45,203 bases of DNA from Oligoflexales bacterium (GCA_041736175.1 JBGSUI010000203.1:1-45203), one strand, 5' to 3'; counted from the stretch's first letter, positions 9,179 to 19,746 are shown. Program-made: numbers and translations. Notes: generated from the letters alone by a model not told the origin.

Positions 9179-11578
9179 TTAATTTTGCCTCAGTTTCGGG
9201 CTCGCTGAGGACTTATCGTCTGCCTGAGCCCTCTCCACCGCAGTCCCTGTTTGCGCCGCGGGGACCAAGCTGGGAGCGTCCTTGCGATCAAAGGCCATAA
9301 GGACCATCGGCAAAATAAAGAGATCACTACAGAGTGCAACCATAACCGAGAGGGTTGCAAGGAGACCAAAGTAGTAGGTAGGCAGCGTACTTCCCGCCAT
9401 CAAAACGCTAAAGCCACCGGCTAGGACCACGCAGCTAAAAAAAGCTGCTCGACCCGTATGCTTAAAGGAATGGACAAGGGCGCTCTCTACAGATTCACCT
9501 TTTTTACGGAAAGACGAATACCAGTGCAGATAGTGGATGGTATCATCGACGACCAATCCAAAGACGATATTAGCGATCATCGAAGTGGATGCTTCGAGGG
9601 GGATATCCAGCCACCCCATCAGACCAAACACGGCAGCGATCGGTATGATGTTTGGGATGAGTGAAATCAGGGTAAGCCTTATGGTTTTACACATGGACCA
9701 CATACAGAAAAAGATAAACACGAGGGCCACGGAAAAAGCCTGGATCTCACCAGCAACAATGCTGCTCCCTAACCAGTTATAGAGCATAGGCATCCCCGTA
9801 ATATCCATCGCGATCTCGTCTGCGTAGGGTGGGGCCACCTCCTCATCCACAAAGCGCTGAAATTCTTCTTTACTTGAGGATGACAGAAACTGGCCAAAAA
9901 ACGTGATTCGCGCTTTGCGTCCGTCCGCCGTCAGCATCCGGTCCACCGTCTTTTGGTCACCAATCTCCATTAGTTCGGCGATACGGGCAGATTCTTTTGG
10001 GACTGCATCGATGTTATCAAAATTTTTAGACATAATCCGTAAATACTCTGACACACTCCAAAATGAGGATATTTCTGTACCCTGGTAACGTTCAAAGATT
10101 TTGTTTTGGATCGCCGTGAGTTTAGCCAGCATCTCGGGGTCGCGAAAGGTCGCTTTACTGGTGGGTTTTATCTGGACGACCATCTCAAAGGGAGCATTGG
10201 CGCCGATATTTTGGGTAAACTTAAGGATATCTTGCTTAACGGGATTGTCATCTCTGAGGTAGGTTGTGAAATCTGTCTCTGCTTTGATTTTAAAAATTCC
10301 AGACACTAAGAAAACAATGCTGGCCACTGTCACAACACTAACTATTTTCATATGTCGGATCACCCAGCTTGCTACATCCTCTAAATTGGGGAGAAAACTA
10401 AAAAATCGATCAAATCGTGCGAAAATATCTTTTTGCTTTTTCACACCTTTGTAGGTCAGCAAAATAGCCGCTGGCAAAAACACTAGCGTCAAAACATAGC
10501 CTAGGGAAAGCCCTAAAGAAGAATAAACTCCTACGATTTTGGTAGGCCGAACGTTGGTGGCAAGATTGGCAAGGTAGCCTAGGACCGTGGTGATAAAGGT
10601 CATAAAACATGGAAAAGCCAGGTCAGAAATTGTTTTTCCGATGATCGATGACATGGGAGATACTGAGTCTTCTTTCCTTAAATTAAGAATATGAGATACC
10701 ACATGGATTCCGTCCATTACGGCTATCGCCAGGAGTGTCGGCGTGATGATCACAGTCACAGTATTAAGGCTTTCGCCAGTATAATAAAGCAGTCCCATGG
10801 TAAAAGCACCAGCAAGGGAAACATTAACCATCAGCAAAAATGTCAGCCACAAATCTCTTATGGCAAAAAAAGCCACAAAACCTATCACCAAAACGATCAG
10901 AATCCGAAACGTACTGCTATCCTCGCCGACGATATGCTCGATTTCGCTTTCTATCAGGGGCACTCCGGCTGTAAAAGAAGGGATTTTTCTTTCTGCAAGA
11001 GAGTCTTTAATCGTCTTTGTGAGATCTAAAAGGGCTTCTCGCTTTTTGTTGTCATCGTCAAAAGTTTTGAGTTCAATGACGATGTTTGAGTATTTCCCGT
11101 TCTTTATAAAAAGTTTATCTTTAACCATCTCGTCATTCATAAGATTTTGGCGAATAGTTGCTAACTCAGCAGAGCTATAGACATCTTGGATAGGCACAAC
11201 ATAAGCCATAGAAACTTCGTCGTTGGATTGTCTGAGCGACCTAAAATTAGTTAAACTGGTCACGCCTAACACATAGGGCTTGCTGCTCACGATTTCGGTA
11301 ACTCTTCTTAGGGATTTAAGATTTTCGTGGGTTAAAACATCCCCATACTCAATCGCTGCCACAATGGTTTCCTGCACTCCAAAGCTTTTGGTAAAATCCT
11401 TAAAAACCTTGAGTTTTTCGTCATCTTGTTCAAAATAGAAATCAAGTTTATTGTTAAATTCCAGTTCAAAGCCTGCTTTTACCATTGGGAGAAGCACGGT
11501 TAAGGTTAAGATTACAACCAAGAGAGGACGACGAGTAACCAAGGTGACCCAACTGCTGATGAATTTGTTTGAACGCAT
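9179..11578 (-). CDS. MMPL/RND-superfamily transporter
   Basis: Two repeats of TM + periplasmic domain + 5 TM, with 'AIAVMDGIH' and 'GLVVDDTIH' motifs. Confidence 0.88.
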   Translation of the reverse strand: MRSNKFISSWVTLVTRRPLLVVILTLTVLLPMVKAGFELEFNNKLDFYFEQDDEKLKVFKDFTKSFGVQETIVAAIEYGDVLTHENLKSLRRVTEIVSSKPYVLGVTSLTNFRSLRQSNDEVSMAYVVPIQDVYSSAELATIRQNLMNDEMVKDKLFIKNGKYSNIVIELKTFDDDNKKREALLDLTKTIKDSLAERKIPSFTAGVPLIESEIEHIVGEDSSTFRILIVLVIGFVAFFAIRDLWLTFLLMVNVSLAGAFTMGLLYYTGESLNTVTVIITPTLLAIAVMDGIHVVSHILNLRKEDSVSPMSSIIGKTISDLAFPCFMTFITTVLGYLANLATNVRPTKIVGVYSSLGLSLGYVLTLVFLPAAILLTYKGVKKQKDIFARFDRFFSFLPNLEDVASWVIRHMKIVSVVTVASIVFLVSGIFKIKAETDFTTYLRDDNPVKQDILKFTQNIGANAPFEMVVQIKPTSKATFRDPEMLAKLTAIQNKIFERYQGTEISSFWSVSEYLRIMSKNFDNIDAVPKESARIAELMEIGDQKTVDRMLTADGRKARITFFGQFLSSSSKEEFQRFVDEEVAPPYADEIAMDITGMPMLYNWLGSSIVAGEIQAFSVALVFIFFCMWSMCKTIRLTLISLIPNIIPIAAVFGLMGWLDIPLEASTSMIANIVFGLVVDDTIHYLHWYSSFRKKGESVESALVHSFKHTGRAAFFSCVVLAGGFSVLMAGSTLPTYYFGLLATLSVMVALCSDLFILPMVLMAFDRKDAPSLVPAAQTGTAVERAQADDKSSASPKLRQN

Positions 11579-11613
11579 GACCTGGTTCCTTTGTGATATG
11601 AATCTTTGGCAAC

Positions 11614-11641
11614 TTATCGGCTTTTTTCAAATAAAAATTTA
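11614..11641 (-). promoter_or_regulatory. Sigma28 (FliA)-type promoter motif
   Basis: Minus strand reads TAAA-N16-GCCGATAA, 36 nt upstream of the MMPL start. Confidence 0.6.
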
Positions 11642-11852
11642 GATATTTTAAACAATTTGTTTACTTTCTAATCAATTTAGTCAGTTAAAATTTAAAATTG
11701 GTCCGTATTAGAGCCGGCATCACTCCCACTTTGTGGTCACTCTGCACCGCGCGGCACTCTAAATCCAGTGTCCCCCACCCTCGCCATTGTTTCCCCTATA
11801 TCAACGGGGTAAGATGAGGGGGTTTCCAAAGAATTCGAAAAGGCGGAGTAAA

Positions 11853-12698
11853 ATGAACCCCTACACCCTGCCCCTTATCAAATCGTTGCTTCGAAATGAC
11901 GAAAACACCGAGATTCCCTACCTAGAGTCCCGACTCGACGACTACGTAGCACCTGAAGGCAAACTTGAGGCGTTCCGGCACCTAGCTCACTACCCTAACA
12001 ATGGATACTTGCCTTTGACTTGGCCCCATATCGCCGCTTGGCGGCTTCATATGGGGCACCTCACTCACCCTAGCTTTCCCTTGAGGCTTCCCGGGATTGT
12101 TCAGATAGGTCAATCCATAAACCAAAAGCGCCCCATAGGATCTGGAGAAAAGCTTTCCCTGGTGTGCGGTGTCGAAAAGGAACCTGAGCATGCCCGTGGG
12201 ATCGCTTTTGCCCTTGTCAACAAAGTGTCAATCCATGGTGAAGTTGTGTGGGAAAGCCGCTCGACGATGCTTTGCCGGGCAAATCCCAAACACGGTGAGC
12301 TGAGACACCCAAGTGTCGTCCCCTCGGATGGCATCGGAGCGCGCAACAGAATCTGGACGATTCCCAAACGCACCGCTTTAGGATATACCATGGTATCAGG
12401 GGATATCAATCCCATCCATCTGTCGACGGTCAGTGCTAAGCTCCTAGGATTTAGCGGCGTGATCATCCATGGAATGTGGACTTTGGCGCGGGTGGCCGGT
12501 GAGCATGAAGACCACTTAAGACAAGAAAACTTGAGTCTTTTATGCCAATTTAAAAGGCCAATTGTCCTGCCGAGTCAAGTGGTCTACCGATTTTGGCCGT
12601 CGCCTCTGGACCCTAGTGACCTTGAGTTTCGGGTTTTAGATCCTAAAAATCAGAACACCTTTCTCATAGGAACCATAGGCACTCTAAAAAAGATTTGA
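11853..12698 (+). CDS. MaoC-like double hot-dog acyl dehydratase
   Basis: 'SGDINPIH' hydratase motif and 'IIHGMWT'; GGAG RBS before the ATG at 11853. Confidence 0.85.
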   Translation: MNPYTLPLIKSLLRNDENTEIPYLESRLDDYVAPEGKLEAFRHLAHYPNNGYLPLTWPHIAAWRLHMGHLTHPSFPLRLPGIVQIGQSINQKRPIGSGEKLSLVCGVEKEPEHARGIAFALVNKVSIHGEVVWESRSTMLCRANPKHGELRHPSVVPSDGIGARNRIWTIPKRTALGYTMVSGDINPIHLSTVSAKLLGFSGVIIHGMWTLARVAGEHEDHLRQENLSLLCQFKRPIVLPSQVVYRFWPSPLDPSDLEFRVLDPKNQNTFLIGTIGTLKKI

Positions 12699-12731
12699 AT
12701 GTTTCATTGACAAACGAGGAGATTCCCCTGC

Positions 12732-14132
12732 ATGAGCCAAGACCTACTTTTAGATATCGGACGCAATCAAATCGCTAGAGAGGTGGTTAAAAAACTTCGA
12801 ATACCACTGCGACTCCCCCAAACTCTGCACCGCGACCCATCTCCCTGGACTGACCTGCCCCTCCAGGGCATGGTCTTAGGGATCGGCGGTGATAGAAAGT
12901 CAAAATCTGTGGAGTTGCTGCGGGCGACGGTGATCGCCGCCGGTGCCCAAGCGACTCATGTTTATGGAAGCGGCGCCAGAGTCCACGGCCTAGTGTTTGA
13001 CGCAACTGAAAGCCGGACCGTCCAAGACCTGGGACTTCTCTATGATTTTATCAAGCCAAGGCTTCAAACCATAGATCCTTGTGGCAGAATCGTCTTGATC
13101 ATCCACCGCGCCGATTCATCTTCGGATAAGAGCGAGTCTTTTAACCCTGAAATCCACGCGGTCAGTCGAGCTGTTGTTGGATTTGCAAAAAGTCTCGCCA
13201 AGGAAGTCGGAAAAAAGGGAGTCACAGTCAATGTGATCCAAACCACTCAGCAAAATTTTACCAAACAAAATATAGCTTGGCCTTTGACCTATCTTCTCTC
13301 TGACCGCTCAGCCTTTGTTTCTGGCCAGACCCTGTCTCTCTCGCAAAACCCCACCCATAAAAGCGACTCCCCCTTTAAAGAGTCTCTTAAAGGCAAAAAA
13401 GCCCTTGTCACGGGGGCTGCCCATGGTATCGGTAAAGAAATCTGCCGGTGGTTGACCTTAGAGGGAGCCGAAGTCCTAGGACTCGATCGCCCCACCGAAA
13501 AACAAGCCCTTGCTGAAACCATGGACCGCCTTAATGGCAAATATTTGTTAGCTGATCTTATGGACCCCCATAGTTTTTCTAAGATCCAGATGACTGTAGA
13601 GAAAGACTACAGTTCGATAGATATTTTAGTAAGTAATGCGGGTCTGACTTTGGACAAAACCCTAGGTCGCATGCCACGGGACTACTGGGATGATGTTTTA
13701 CAGGTCAATCTTAAAGCAACCATGGAACTGATCCAAAGCCTGGTGATTAAAAACGGGACCCCGATTAGGCTGTTGGCACCCCAAGGACGCGTGATTTTAA
13801 TGTCTTCCATCAGTGGCCTTAGTGGCAATGCTGGACAAACCAACTATGCTGCTGCCAAGGCTGGTCTTATAGGCTATATCGAGGCACTGGCACCCCTACT
13901 TATCGACCACGGCATCACTATCAACGGCATCGCTCCTGGATTTATCGAGACCAGGATGACCGAACAAATGCCCCGAACCCTAAGGGAGTTTGCACGGCGC
14001 TTTAACGCCCTTAACCAGGGTGGGCTCCCGAGCGATGTGGCCCAGGCCGCTGCCTTTTTAGGGTCCCCAGGAAGCAGTGCGATCACCGGTCAAGTCCTCA
14101 GAGTTTGCGGACTCAACTATATCGGAGCCTAA
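12732..14132 (+). CDS. fabG: High-molecular-weight 3-oxoacyl-ACP/CoA reductase (FabG4-like SDR)
   Basis: Degenerate N-terminal SDR domain plus C-terminal TGAAHGIG, NAG, SSISG and NYAAAK; ends 'GQVLRVCG'. Confidence 0.85.
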   Translation: MSQDLLLDIGRNQIAREVVKKLRIPLRLPQTLHRDPSPWTDLPLQGMVLGIGGDRKSKSVELLRATVIAAGAQATHVYGSGARVHGLVFDATESRTVQDLGLLYDFIKPRLQTIDPCGRIVLIIHRADSSSDKSESFNPEIHAVSRAVVGFAKSLAKEVGKKGVTVNVIQTTQQNFTKQNIAWPLTYLLSDRSAFVSGQTLSLSQNPTHKSDSPFKESLKGKKALVTGAAHGIGKEICRWLTLEGAEVLGLDRPTEKQALAETMDRLNGKYLLADLMDPHSFSKIQMTVEKDYSSIDILVSNAGLTLDKTLGRMPRDYWDDVLQVNLKATMELIQSLVIKNGTPIRLLAPQGRVILMSSISGLSGNAGQTNYAAAKAGLIGYIEALAPLLIDHGITINGIAPGFIETRMTEQMPRTLREFARRFNALNQGGLPSDVAQAAAFLGSPGSSAITGQVLRVCGLNYIGA

Positions 14133-14144
14133 GAGTCGACTCCG

Positions 14145-14158
14145 GAGCCGAAAGGCTC
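14145..14158. terminator. Short hairpin between convergent genes
   Basis: GAGCC-GAAA-GGCTC (GNRA loop) between the fabG stop and the stop of the 14161 gene. Confidence 0.35.
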
Positions 14159-14160
14159 TC

Positions 14161-14694
14161 TTAAGGCTTTGAGAGCGCTTGGATAAGAGGCGCAAAGTCT
14201 GCCTCCCAAGCAGCTTGGGCTCCATTATGTCCACTGCGAATCTGCTGGATAAATTTTGATTTTTCGGGGGGATCTGCTAGGTATTTTTTTGCAGTGATCC
14301 AAGCCAAATCTATCCCAGGAGATGCAAACGGAAAGTCATTGAGGCCAGCATGACAGGGGATACACCGCAGGGTGAGGCTCTTATAGAGGCCGCCACTGGC
14401 AAACAGCTCCCTTTTGGGATCTTTCTGACTTTTAGGATCCCCACCTCGCACGGTATGGGAAGCAATCACCCCAGACTCCGAAAAAGAAAATATATGGGCC
14501 GCCGAAAGGGATCCGGAATAGGGGGCAGGAAGCTGGGCGTTTTCAGAATCATTCGATTTGTCTTTAGCTACCAGGCCACAGGACAATTTAAGGGACAAAA
14601 GCAGCAGCAACACCAGGTATTCGTTTCTACGATTATGTTTAGATACGTAAAGATGTTTTTTTATTCGTGCGTTCCCTAATAAGTTGGTTTTCAT
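14161..14694 (-). CDS. Putative exported/lipoprotein mono-heme cytochrome c
   Basis: AAGGAGG RBS before the ATG at 14694; hydrophobic stretch ending LKLSC; CIPCH heme motif; resembles the heme domain of 19797..21125. Confidence 0.6.
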   Translation of the reverse strand: MKTNLLGNARIKKHLYVSKHNRRNEYLVLLLLLSLKLSCGLVAKDKSNDSENAQLPAPYSGSLSAAHIFSFSESGVIASHTVRGGDPKSQKDPKRELFASGGLYKSLTLRCIPCHAGLNDFPFASPGIDLAWITAKKYLADPPEKSKFIQQIRSGHNGAQAAWEADFAPLIQALSKP

Positions 14695-14707
14695 GGACAC
14701 CTCCTTT

Positions 14708-15715
14708 TTATGGTTTTGCCGTGGGCTGGGGACTCGTAACTTTAAGGTCTTTGATATTCACTCCGTAAACAAAATCGCCAAGACTTGTGGTGATCCGAGA
14801 TAGGGATCCGATGGTAATCCGAGGTAAAACCTGACCCTCTAGGCCTGGACCCTCACCCCGTTCGCCACCGCACTGTAGGACTTTCCAGCCGTAAGCAGCA
14901 TGCTGGGCCAGGGCATCCCGAAAGGAAGGTATCCCTGCAAAAGCTCCGATGAGACCCTCCATGGTGCATCCCTCGGTGATAGAAGTCACGTTATCTAGGT
15001 ATTTTTTCTGAGTGTAGTCATAAAATTTAACCGCGTTAGGGCCTTCACTGTCTCGCTTGAGCTTTTCTTCAAAGTTTTTCCATTGGTCTTCCGTATTGAT
15101 TTCGGGACCATCCTCGCAGCTCACTGATGCAAATACCTTGTTTAGATTTTGGACACTGCTTTCCTCGGCATCAGAACTATGGCTCTTAGGTGCTGGGATG
15201 ACTTCTTCCACGGTGATTTGGTCCGCTTCACCACACGGGTTGCCAACGCCCTTCCAGGACTCAAACACGCTGATTTCTGCTGCCGTAAGAGGTTTCTTGT
15301 CGATGGGGGGCATGGGTCTTTCGCCACGGGGATAGCGACCATTGATCGCATCGTTTGTAGCCGCTGGATTAGCCGCTTTAAACTGGGCAGCGTCTTGGGC
15401 GTTCTTCAGTCTTTTGATTACGTTGTCAAGATGATCACGAATATAGAGGCAGTTGGTAGAGTTTTGCCGGTTTTCGATGCTTGGCTTATGACATTCTGAG
15501 CAGTCCTCTTGGAGGATAGGGTAGAGATTGGCAGTATAAGACACGCTTTGGAGCAGTGCACTCGCCTTGATCTTGCAGGCTCTTATCCCCGGGTCGATCA
15601 CGGTGATATCCGCAGAGTTACCAGCTGCGACGCGGTTATTGGATTGTTTACCCTGGGGTCCACACCCCCCCAGGACCCAATAGGTTACCCAGATACCGAT
15701 TGTAAGTTGTTTCAT
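14708..15715 (-). CDS. Lipoprotein mono-heme cytochrome c (planctomycete cytochrome-like domain)
   Basis: Lipobox VLGG-C; 'SYTANLYPILQEDCSECH' and a distal 'MPP...PLTAAEISVFESWK'; GAGGTG RBS before the ATG at 15715. Confidence 0.7.
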   Translation of the reverse strand: MKQLTIGIWVTYWVLGGCGPQGKQSNNRVAAGNSADITVIDPGIRACKIKASALLQSVSYTANLYPILQEDCSECHKPSIENRQNSTNCLYIRDHLDNVIKRLKNAQDAAQFKAANPAATNDAINGRYPRGERPMPPIDKKPLTAAEISVFESWKGVGNPCGEADQITVEEVIPAPKSHSSDAEESSVQNLNKVFASVSCEDGPEINTEDQWKNFEEKLKRDSEGPNAVKFYDYTQKKYLDNVTSITEGCTMEGLIGAFAGIPSFRDALAQHAAYGWKVLQCGGERGEGPGLEGQVLPRITIGSLSRITTSLGDFVYGVNIKDLKVTSPQPTAKP

Positions 15716-15936
15716 GGTCACCTCTAAAAAATTGCTCAAGTATTAAAGTTAACCCACCAGATTTAAAGTCACTCATCCAGATAACATACTGATAAAAAAC
15801 AAAAATCATTCCCTGATATCTCTCCATCTGCTCCCTCCCTGGTGGGTCCGGAAGCACACCCAACCCTCGGTGAAATCGAGGTCGGACTTTAAGCATCTTA
15901 TTTTTTTTCTAAATATTATCTATTTAGCTTAGGGGC

Positions 15937-15963
15937 TAAGGTTCTTTGCGAAAACTCCGAACA
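15937..15963 (+). promoter_or_regulatory. Sigma28-like promoter motif
   Basis: TAAG-N15-TCCGAACA upstream of the 16031 operon. Confidence 0.35.
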
Positions 15964-16030
15964 ACCCCACGTTGCTTTGGTGAAAAACCAAAGTTAGTTA
16001 TTTTTTTATTTGATCTCTGGAGGAACCAAA

Positions 16031-17362
16031 ATGAAACAAGACAGCCCCAAAAGATTCAGAGGTCCCGTGGCCTTAGGCTTTAGCATCGGGCTAGGTCTGG
16101 GGATGATTGGACCTGAGACGGCACGTGCCGATACCACGAGCCAGTCTTACCGGATTCATAAAAGACTCACAGGGGTCAACCCAGGCAAAGCGATCCTCGA
16201 TCAGATGAACCAACTTATCAACGACGGAAAGCCACTCGATGCAGCTCTGCTTGCGATTGATAACGATGCCCAGTCTTTCTTTTACAATCTCACTTTGAAA
16301 CAATTTTTCAGCAAATGGTTTGACGAAGAAGGCAGCGTCGCCATTCCCCTTAACGATGGGACCGCGACACTGATTGGCTTTGTCAGAGACGGGAGATCGA
16401 TGCAAAATATATTTACCTCAAACGTTATCTATGTGGGCTCTAATCTCCCCGAGCCTATCAATAGCTCCATCAGACCTCCCGAAGAAGGCAACAACCTTCA
16501 TTACCAGACCCTTGAAGACCGGGGAGTTGATCTTAAAAAACACCTCACACCGATCCTTCGGACTTCGACCGCACTAGATCCCGATCAAATGCTTGCGGGC
16601 CAAGACACCGTCCCGGCAGGGATCCTCACTACCCGTGCCTTTGCCAAGGCTTTTTACGTAGCAGGCACCAATCGTGCTCCCGTGCGATTTGCCCTTAAAA
16701 ACTTTCTTTGTGAGGATATCGATGCCTTCCACGATATCACCGTCCCGGATATCTATGTGAGGCGAGATCCTGACCGGGCTCCTGGGGGAGACTCGACGGT
16801 CTTTAAAAATCATTGTGTAGGCTGTCACGCCGGAATGGACCCGTTGACTCCGGCATTTGCCTATCTCGACTGGAATGACACCAAGGCGCGGCTCGAGTTT
16901 ACCAAACCAAAACCTGACACCCCCCACGACAAAGTCCGCTGTGCTGAGCAGCCAGAAATCACCCTCTCGGTCACCTCTACCTACCAGGATAAGCTGCGCT
17001 GCGCGGTCGCAAAAAAATATTTAAACAATAAAGACTCCTTTGCCTCAGGATATGTGGTCGTCGACGATCATTGGCGTAACCTGTGGAACCAGGGCTCGGG
17101 GAGCCGCGTCGGTTGGCCCGGAGAGATCTCCAGCAACTTAGAGGGCAACGGTCCTAAAGCTTTTGGGACGATGCTGGCCCAAACCAAAGCTTTCCCTCGC
17201 TGTATGGTGAAACAAGTCATGGAACACGTCTGTTTTGCCACGGATTTTTTGTCACCCTCCATCAAAGATAAGCTCGACCGTCTCACCGAAGATTTTATCG
17301 CCAACAACTACAACATGAAAAAACTCTTTGCAGGAACAGCTGTTTCCTGCAAGGGGAACTAG
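16031..17362 (+). CDS. Secreted CxxCH protein, DUF1585/DUF1588-like
   Basis: Signal peptide ending ARA; 'AGILTTRAF...TNRAPV...FLCEDI', 'CVGCHAGMDPL' and a C-terminal 'FPRCMVKQV...NYNMKKLF'. Confidence 0.65.
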   Translation: MKQDSPKRFRGPVALGFSIGLGLGMIGPETARADTTSQSYRIHKRLTGVNPGKAILDQMNQLINDGKPLDAALLAIDNDAQSFFYNLTLKQFFSKWFDEEGSVAIPLNDGTATLIGFVRDGRSMQNIFTSNVIYVGSNLPEPINSSIRPPEEGNNLHYQTLEDRGVDLKKHLTPILRTSTALDPDQMLAGQDTVPAGILTTRAFAKAFYVAGTNRAPVRFALKNFLCEDIDAFHDITVPDIYVRRDPDRAPGGDSTVFKNHCVGCHAGMDPLTPAFAYLDWNDTKARLEFTKPKPDTPHDKVRCAEQPEITLSVTSTYQDKLRCAVAKKYLNNKDSFASGYVVVDDHWRNLWNQGSGSRVGWPGEISSNLEGNGPKAFGTMLAQTKAFPRCMVKQVMEHVCFATDFLSPSIKDKLDRLTEDFIANNYNMKKLFAGTAVSCKGN

Positions 17363-17416
17363 GTATCAGGATCTTAAAGCATCTCAACACCTTTCCAAAA
17401 AGTTAGAGGAGGATCC

Positions 17417-18133
17417 ATGAAAAAGCTATTGTCCGTTTTGATCAGTTTTCTTGTCATCAGTTCCTGTGGCAAGGACAACAAACCTGCCGCATCCGCATCC
17501 CCTGCTGATCCCTCTGCGTCTGACACCACAGAAACAGCAGGCACCAATATCCCCAACCGGGTCGAAGAGACCAGCGGTGAGCAAAAGGCCAAAATCCAGC
17601 TTTCCGACGAAGCTATCGGGATTAAGACGGGGGCACAGATCATCGCCCACTTGTCTCTGGCCACCGGTATCAGCACGGCGGATCTGTCAGACAACGAAAT
17701 CAGAGATCTAAACTCTCTTAAAAAATCCTTGCCCGAAAAAAACAGTCTCGACTCTTTTTCCGCAGCCCATCCCCCCGCTGCCCTCAAAGTTGCAGCTCTT
17801 TATTGCATAAAATTGGTGGATTTGGAGCAAAAAATCCAAGATGGCCAAGGGGGCAGTCGAACCCCTAAGCTTCCAGCCATCGACTACGGCAGCCAAAAGC
17901 CCATGAGCCAAGAGGTGGCTCGCATCTATTATAGCCCCCTGATCGCCCTCTTTGGGGGCCAAGATACGGCCACCCTCCCCGACAAGTCACAGGTAGAACC
18001 TGCACTCGATCGTCTCGTAGAACGCCTCAAAAGTATCCCTAAACCCGCCAACGGCAACGGCCTCGGGGTCAAGAGCTATGTGGTGGGAATGTGTACTGCC
18101 GTGGCCACAAGCTTTATCACCTTGTGGATCTAA
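17417..18133 (+). CDS. Hypothetical lipoprotein
   Basis: GGAGG RBS; MKK, hydrophobic core and lipobox ISS-C; low-complexity linker then a helical domain with conserved-looking Cys residues ('ALYC', 'GMCTAV'). Confidence 0.7.
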   Translation: MKKLLSVLISFLVISSCGKDNKPAASASPADPSASDTTETAGTNIPNRVEETSGEQKAKIQLSDEAIGIKTGAQIIAHLSLATGISTADLSDNEIRDLNSLKKSLPEKNSLDSFSAAHPPAALKVAALYCIKLVDLEQKIQDGQGGSRTPKLPAIDYGSQKPMSQEVARIYYSPLIALFGGQDTATLPDKSQVEPALDRLVERLKSIPKPANGNGLGVKSYVVGMCTAVATSFITLWI

Positions 18134-18201
18134 TGAAGTTCAAAATTTTTTGAATTTTCTAAACATCTTAAACCTAGCCAACAAAATCTGAGGAGCATCA
18201 A

Positions 18202-19746
18202 ATGTTTAATCTTAAAAAACTCAAAATACTCGCCGAAAAACAAGGCTTAGCACCCATCTTGCACGAAAATCATGCACCCCTTCGTAGCCGTCGCGATTTG
18301 ATTGCCCAGGGATTTATCCGCGGAACAGGATTTGTCCTCAGCCCCAGTATCCTGAGTCTCCTAGGCCAAAAAGCCTTAGCCCAAGACTGCGGACCCAGTC
18401 TGGCGGACTTTAAGGCTGACATCAATTCTCCCCGCATCATGGCCTTTGAAGCTGCCGGAGGTATGGGGATGGCTGCAAACTTTATGGTGTTTGGACCGGG
18501 TGGTATCGGCGATCTTTTGCCAAATAAAGCCTACGGTGTCCTAGGAATTCCCAGCAGCCAAGTAAGCCCCGATATGGTGGACTTAAGTTTCGGGATCCCC
18601 CTGGTACGCCAGGGAGCTGTCCTGGAAGGAATGCTTGCGGCGACCACTGTGGATGCCCGTTCTCGCTGCGCAGGAGGTATGATCCATACCATGTCCGGAG
18701 ATGACTCCAGCTCCAATCCATTTTGCGCCGGTTATTGGGCTTTTAAGGCGGGTGCGACCGGAGCCCTTACAAACCTGGTAGGCAGCGAAACCACGCCTCA
18801 AGGGGCCCGCTCCATCGCACCTTCTGAGTCGGTGATCTCGTCGGTATCCGCGACCAGGATTGGAAGCTTTGCCAATGCCCGGGATCTTGTGAGTGCCTCT
18901 ATCCTCGAAAGCGCTTTACCGGGCGGCGTCGGTGAGGTGATGGGAGCAGCACGTATGCTTTCTGAGGCTCAGATGAAGACCTTTTCTAACCAGCAGCTCC
19001 CTAAACAATTTGAAACCCTGGTCAAATGCCATTACGTCACTGCCGAAAACGCCTCTGCGGCCAAAAGCCTCGCTGATTCAGTCGACGCCTCCAAAGACCA
19101 AGCACTCCTCGATGCTTTAACGGCAGCCACCACACCCAGTGCATCAGGATTTACCGTCACCCAAAACGACCTTGAGCCTACAACGGCCCAAGCCTATCTT
19201 CTGATGAAAGGCTATGCCAGCTATGCAACCCGTGTCTTAGGGGGCCGCGACTATCATAACAACCCGCGGGCAGACACCAACAACTTAGATTTCAACTACG
19301 GCTTCCAAATCGGCCGCGCCATCCAAATGGCCCATCATTTAGGGGTTTCTTGCTGCTTTTTTATGTATTCCGACGGCGCCACAGGATGCTCTAACCCGGA
19401 CACACCAGACACCAACGCCACCCAGGCCAAAGGCCAAGGCCGGTTTACTTCTGATCGTGGGGTCGGGTCGACGATCGCGATGATCGCCTACCATCCCAGA
19501 GGTCGACCGCCGATCATCCATCCTAGAGGACAAATCAACGCCTTCAACGTAAACGGGGGTGTGCACCAAGATTACGCCGACGGTAAAATCGTGGCGAATA
19601 GTGTAGCAAGTGCAACCCAATGCGTTATTCTCAATCTCCTCGCTCTTCAGGGCAAGCTGGGAGACGCCGAAAAAGTCCTCGGTGCCAACCACCCCTTTAA
19701 GACCGCCCTTGATCGATATGTGCTATTCGGATCCTGGCCTAGCTAG
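18202..19746 (+). CDS. Tat-exported DUF1501/DUF1552-like protein
   Basis: 'SRRDLI' twin-arginine motif, hydrophobic segment and ALA cleavage site; 'GGRDYHN' and 'YSDG' resemble metal-binding motifs of this family. Confidence 0.6.
   Translation: MFNLKKLKILAEKQGLAPILHENHAPLRSRRDLIAQGFIRGTGFVLSPSILSLLGQKALAQDCGPSLADFKADINSPRIMAFEAAGGMGMAANFMVFGPGGIGDLLPNKAYGVLGIPSSQVSPDMVDLSFGIPLVRQGAVLEGMLAATTVDARSRCAGGMIHTMSGDDSSSNPFCAGYWAFKAGATGALTNLVGSETTPQGARSIAPSESVISSVSATRIGSFANARDLVSASILESALPGGVGEVMGAARMLSEAQMKTFSNQQLPKQFETLVKCHYVTAENASAAKSLADSVDASKDQALLDALTAATTPSASGFTVTQNDLEPTTAQAYLLMKGYASYATRVLGGRDYHNNPRADTNNLDFNYGFQIGRAIQMAHHLGVSCCFFMYSDGATGCSNPDTPDTNATQAKGQGRFTSDRGVGSTIAMIAYHPRGRPPIIHPRGQINAFNVNGGVHQDYADGKIVANSVASATQCVILNLLALQGKLGDAEKVLGANHPFKTALDRYVLFGSWPS

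Noticed and set aside
18202..19746. Type II secretion GspF label that similar proteins may carry in databases
   Set aside because: No multi-TM GspF/PilC architecture; it has a Tat signal and a soluble mature domain.
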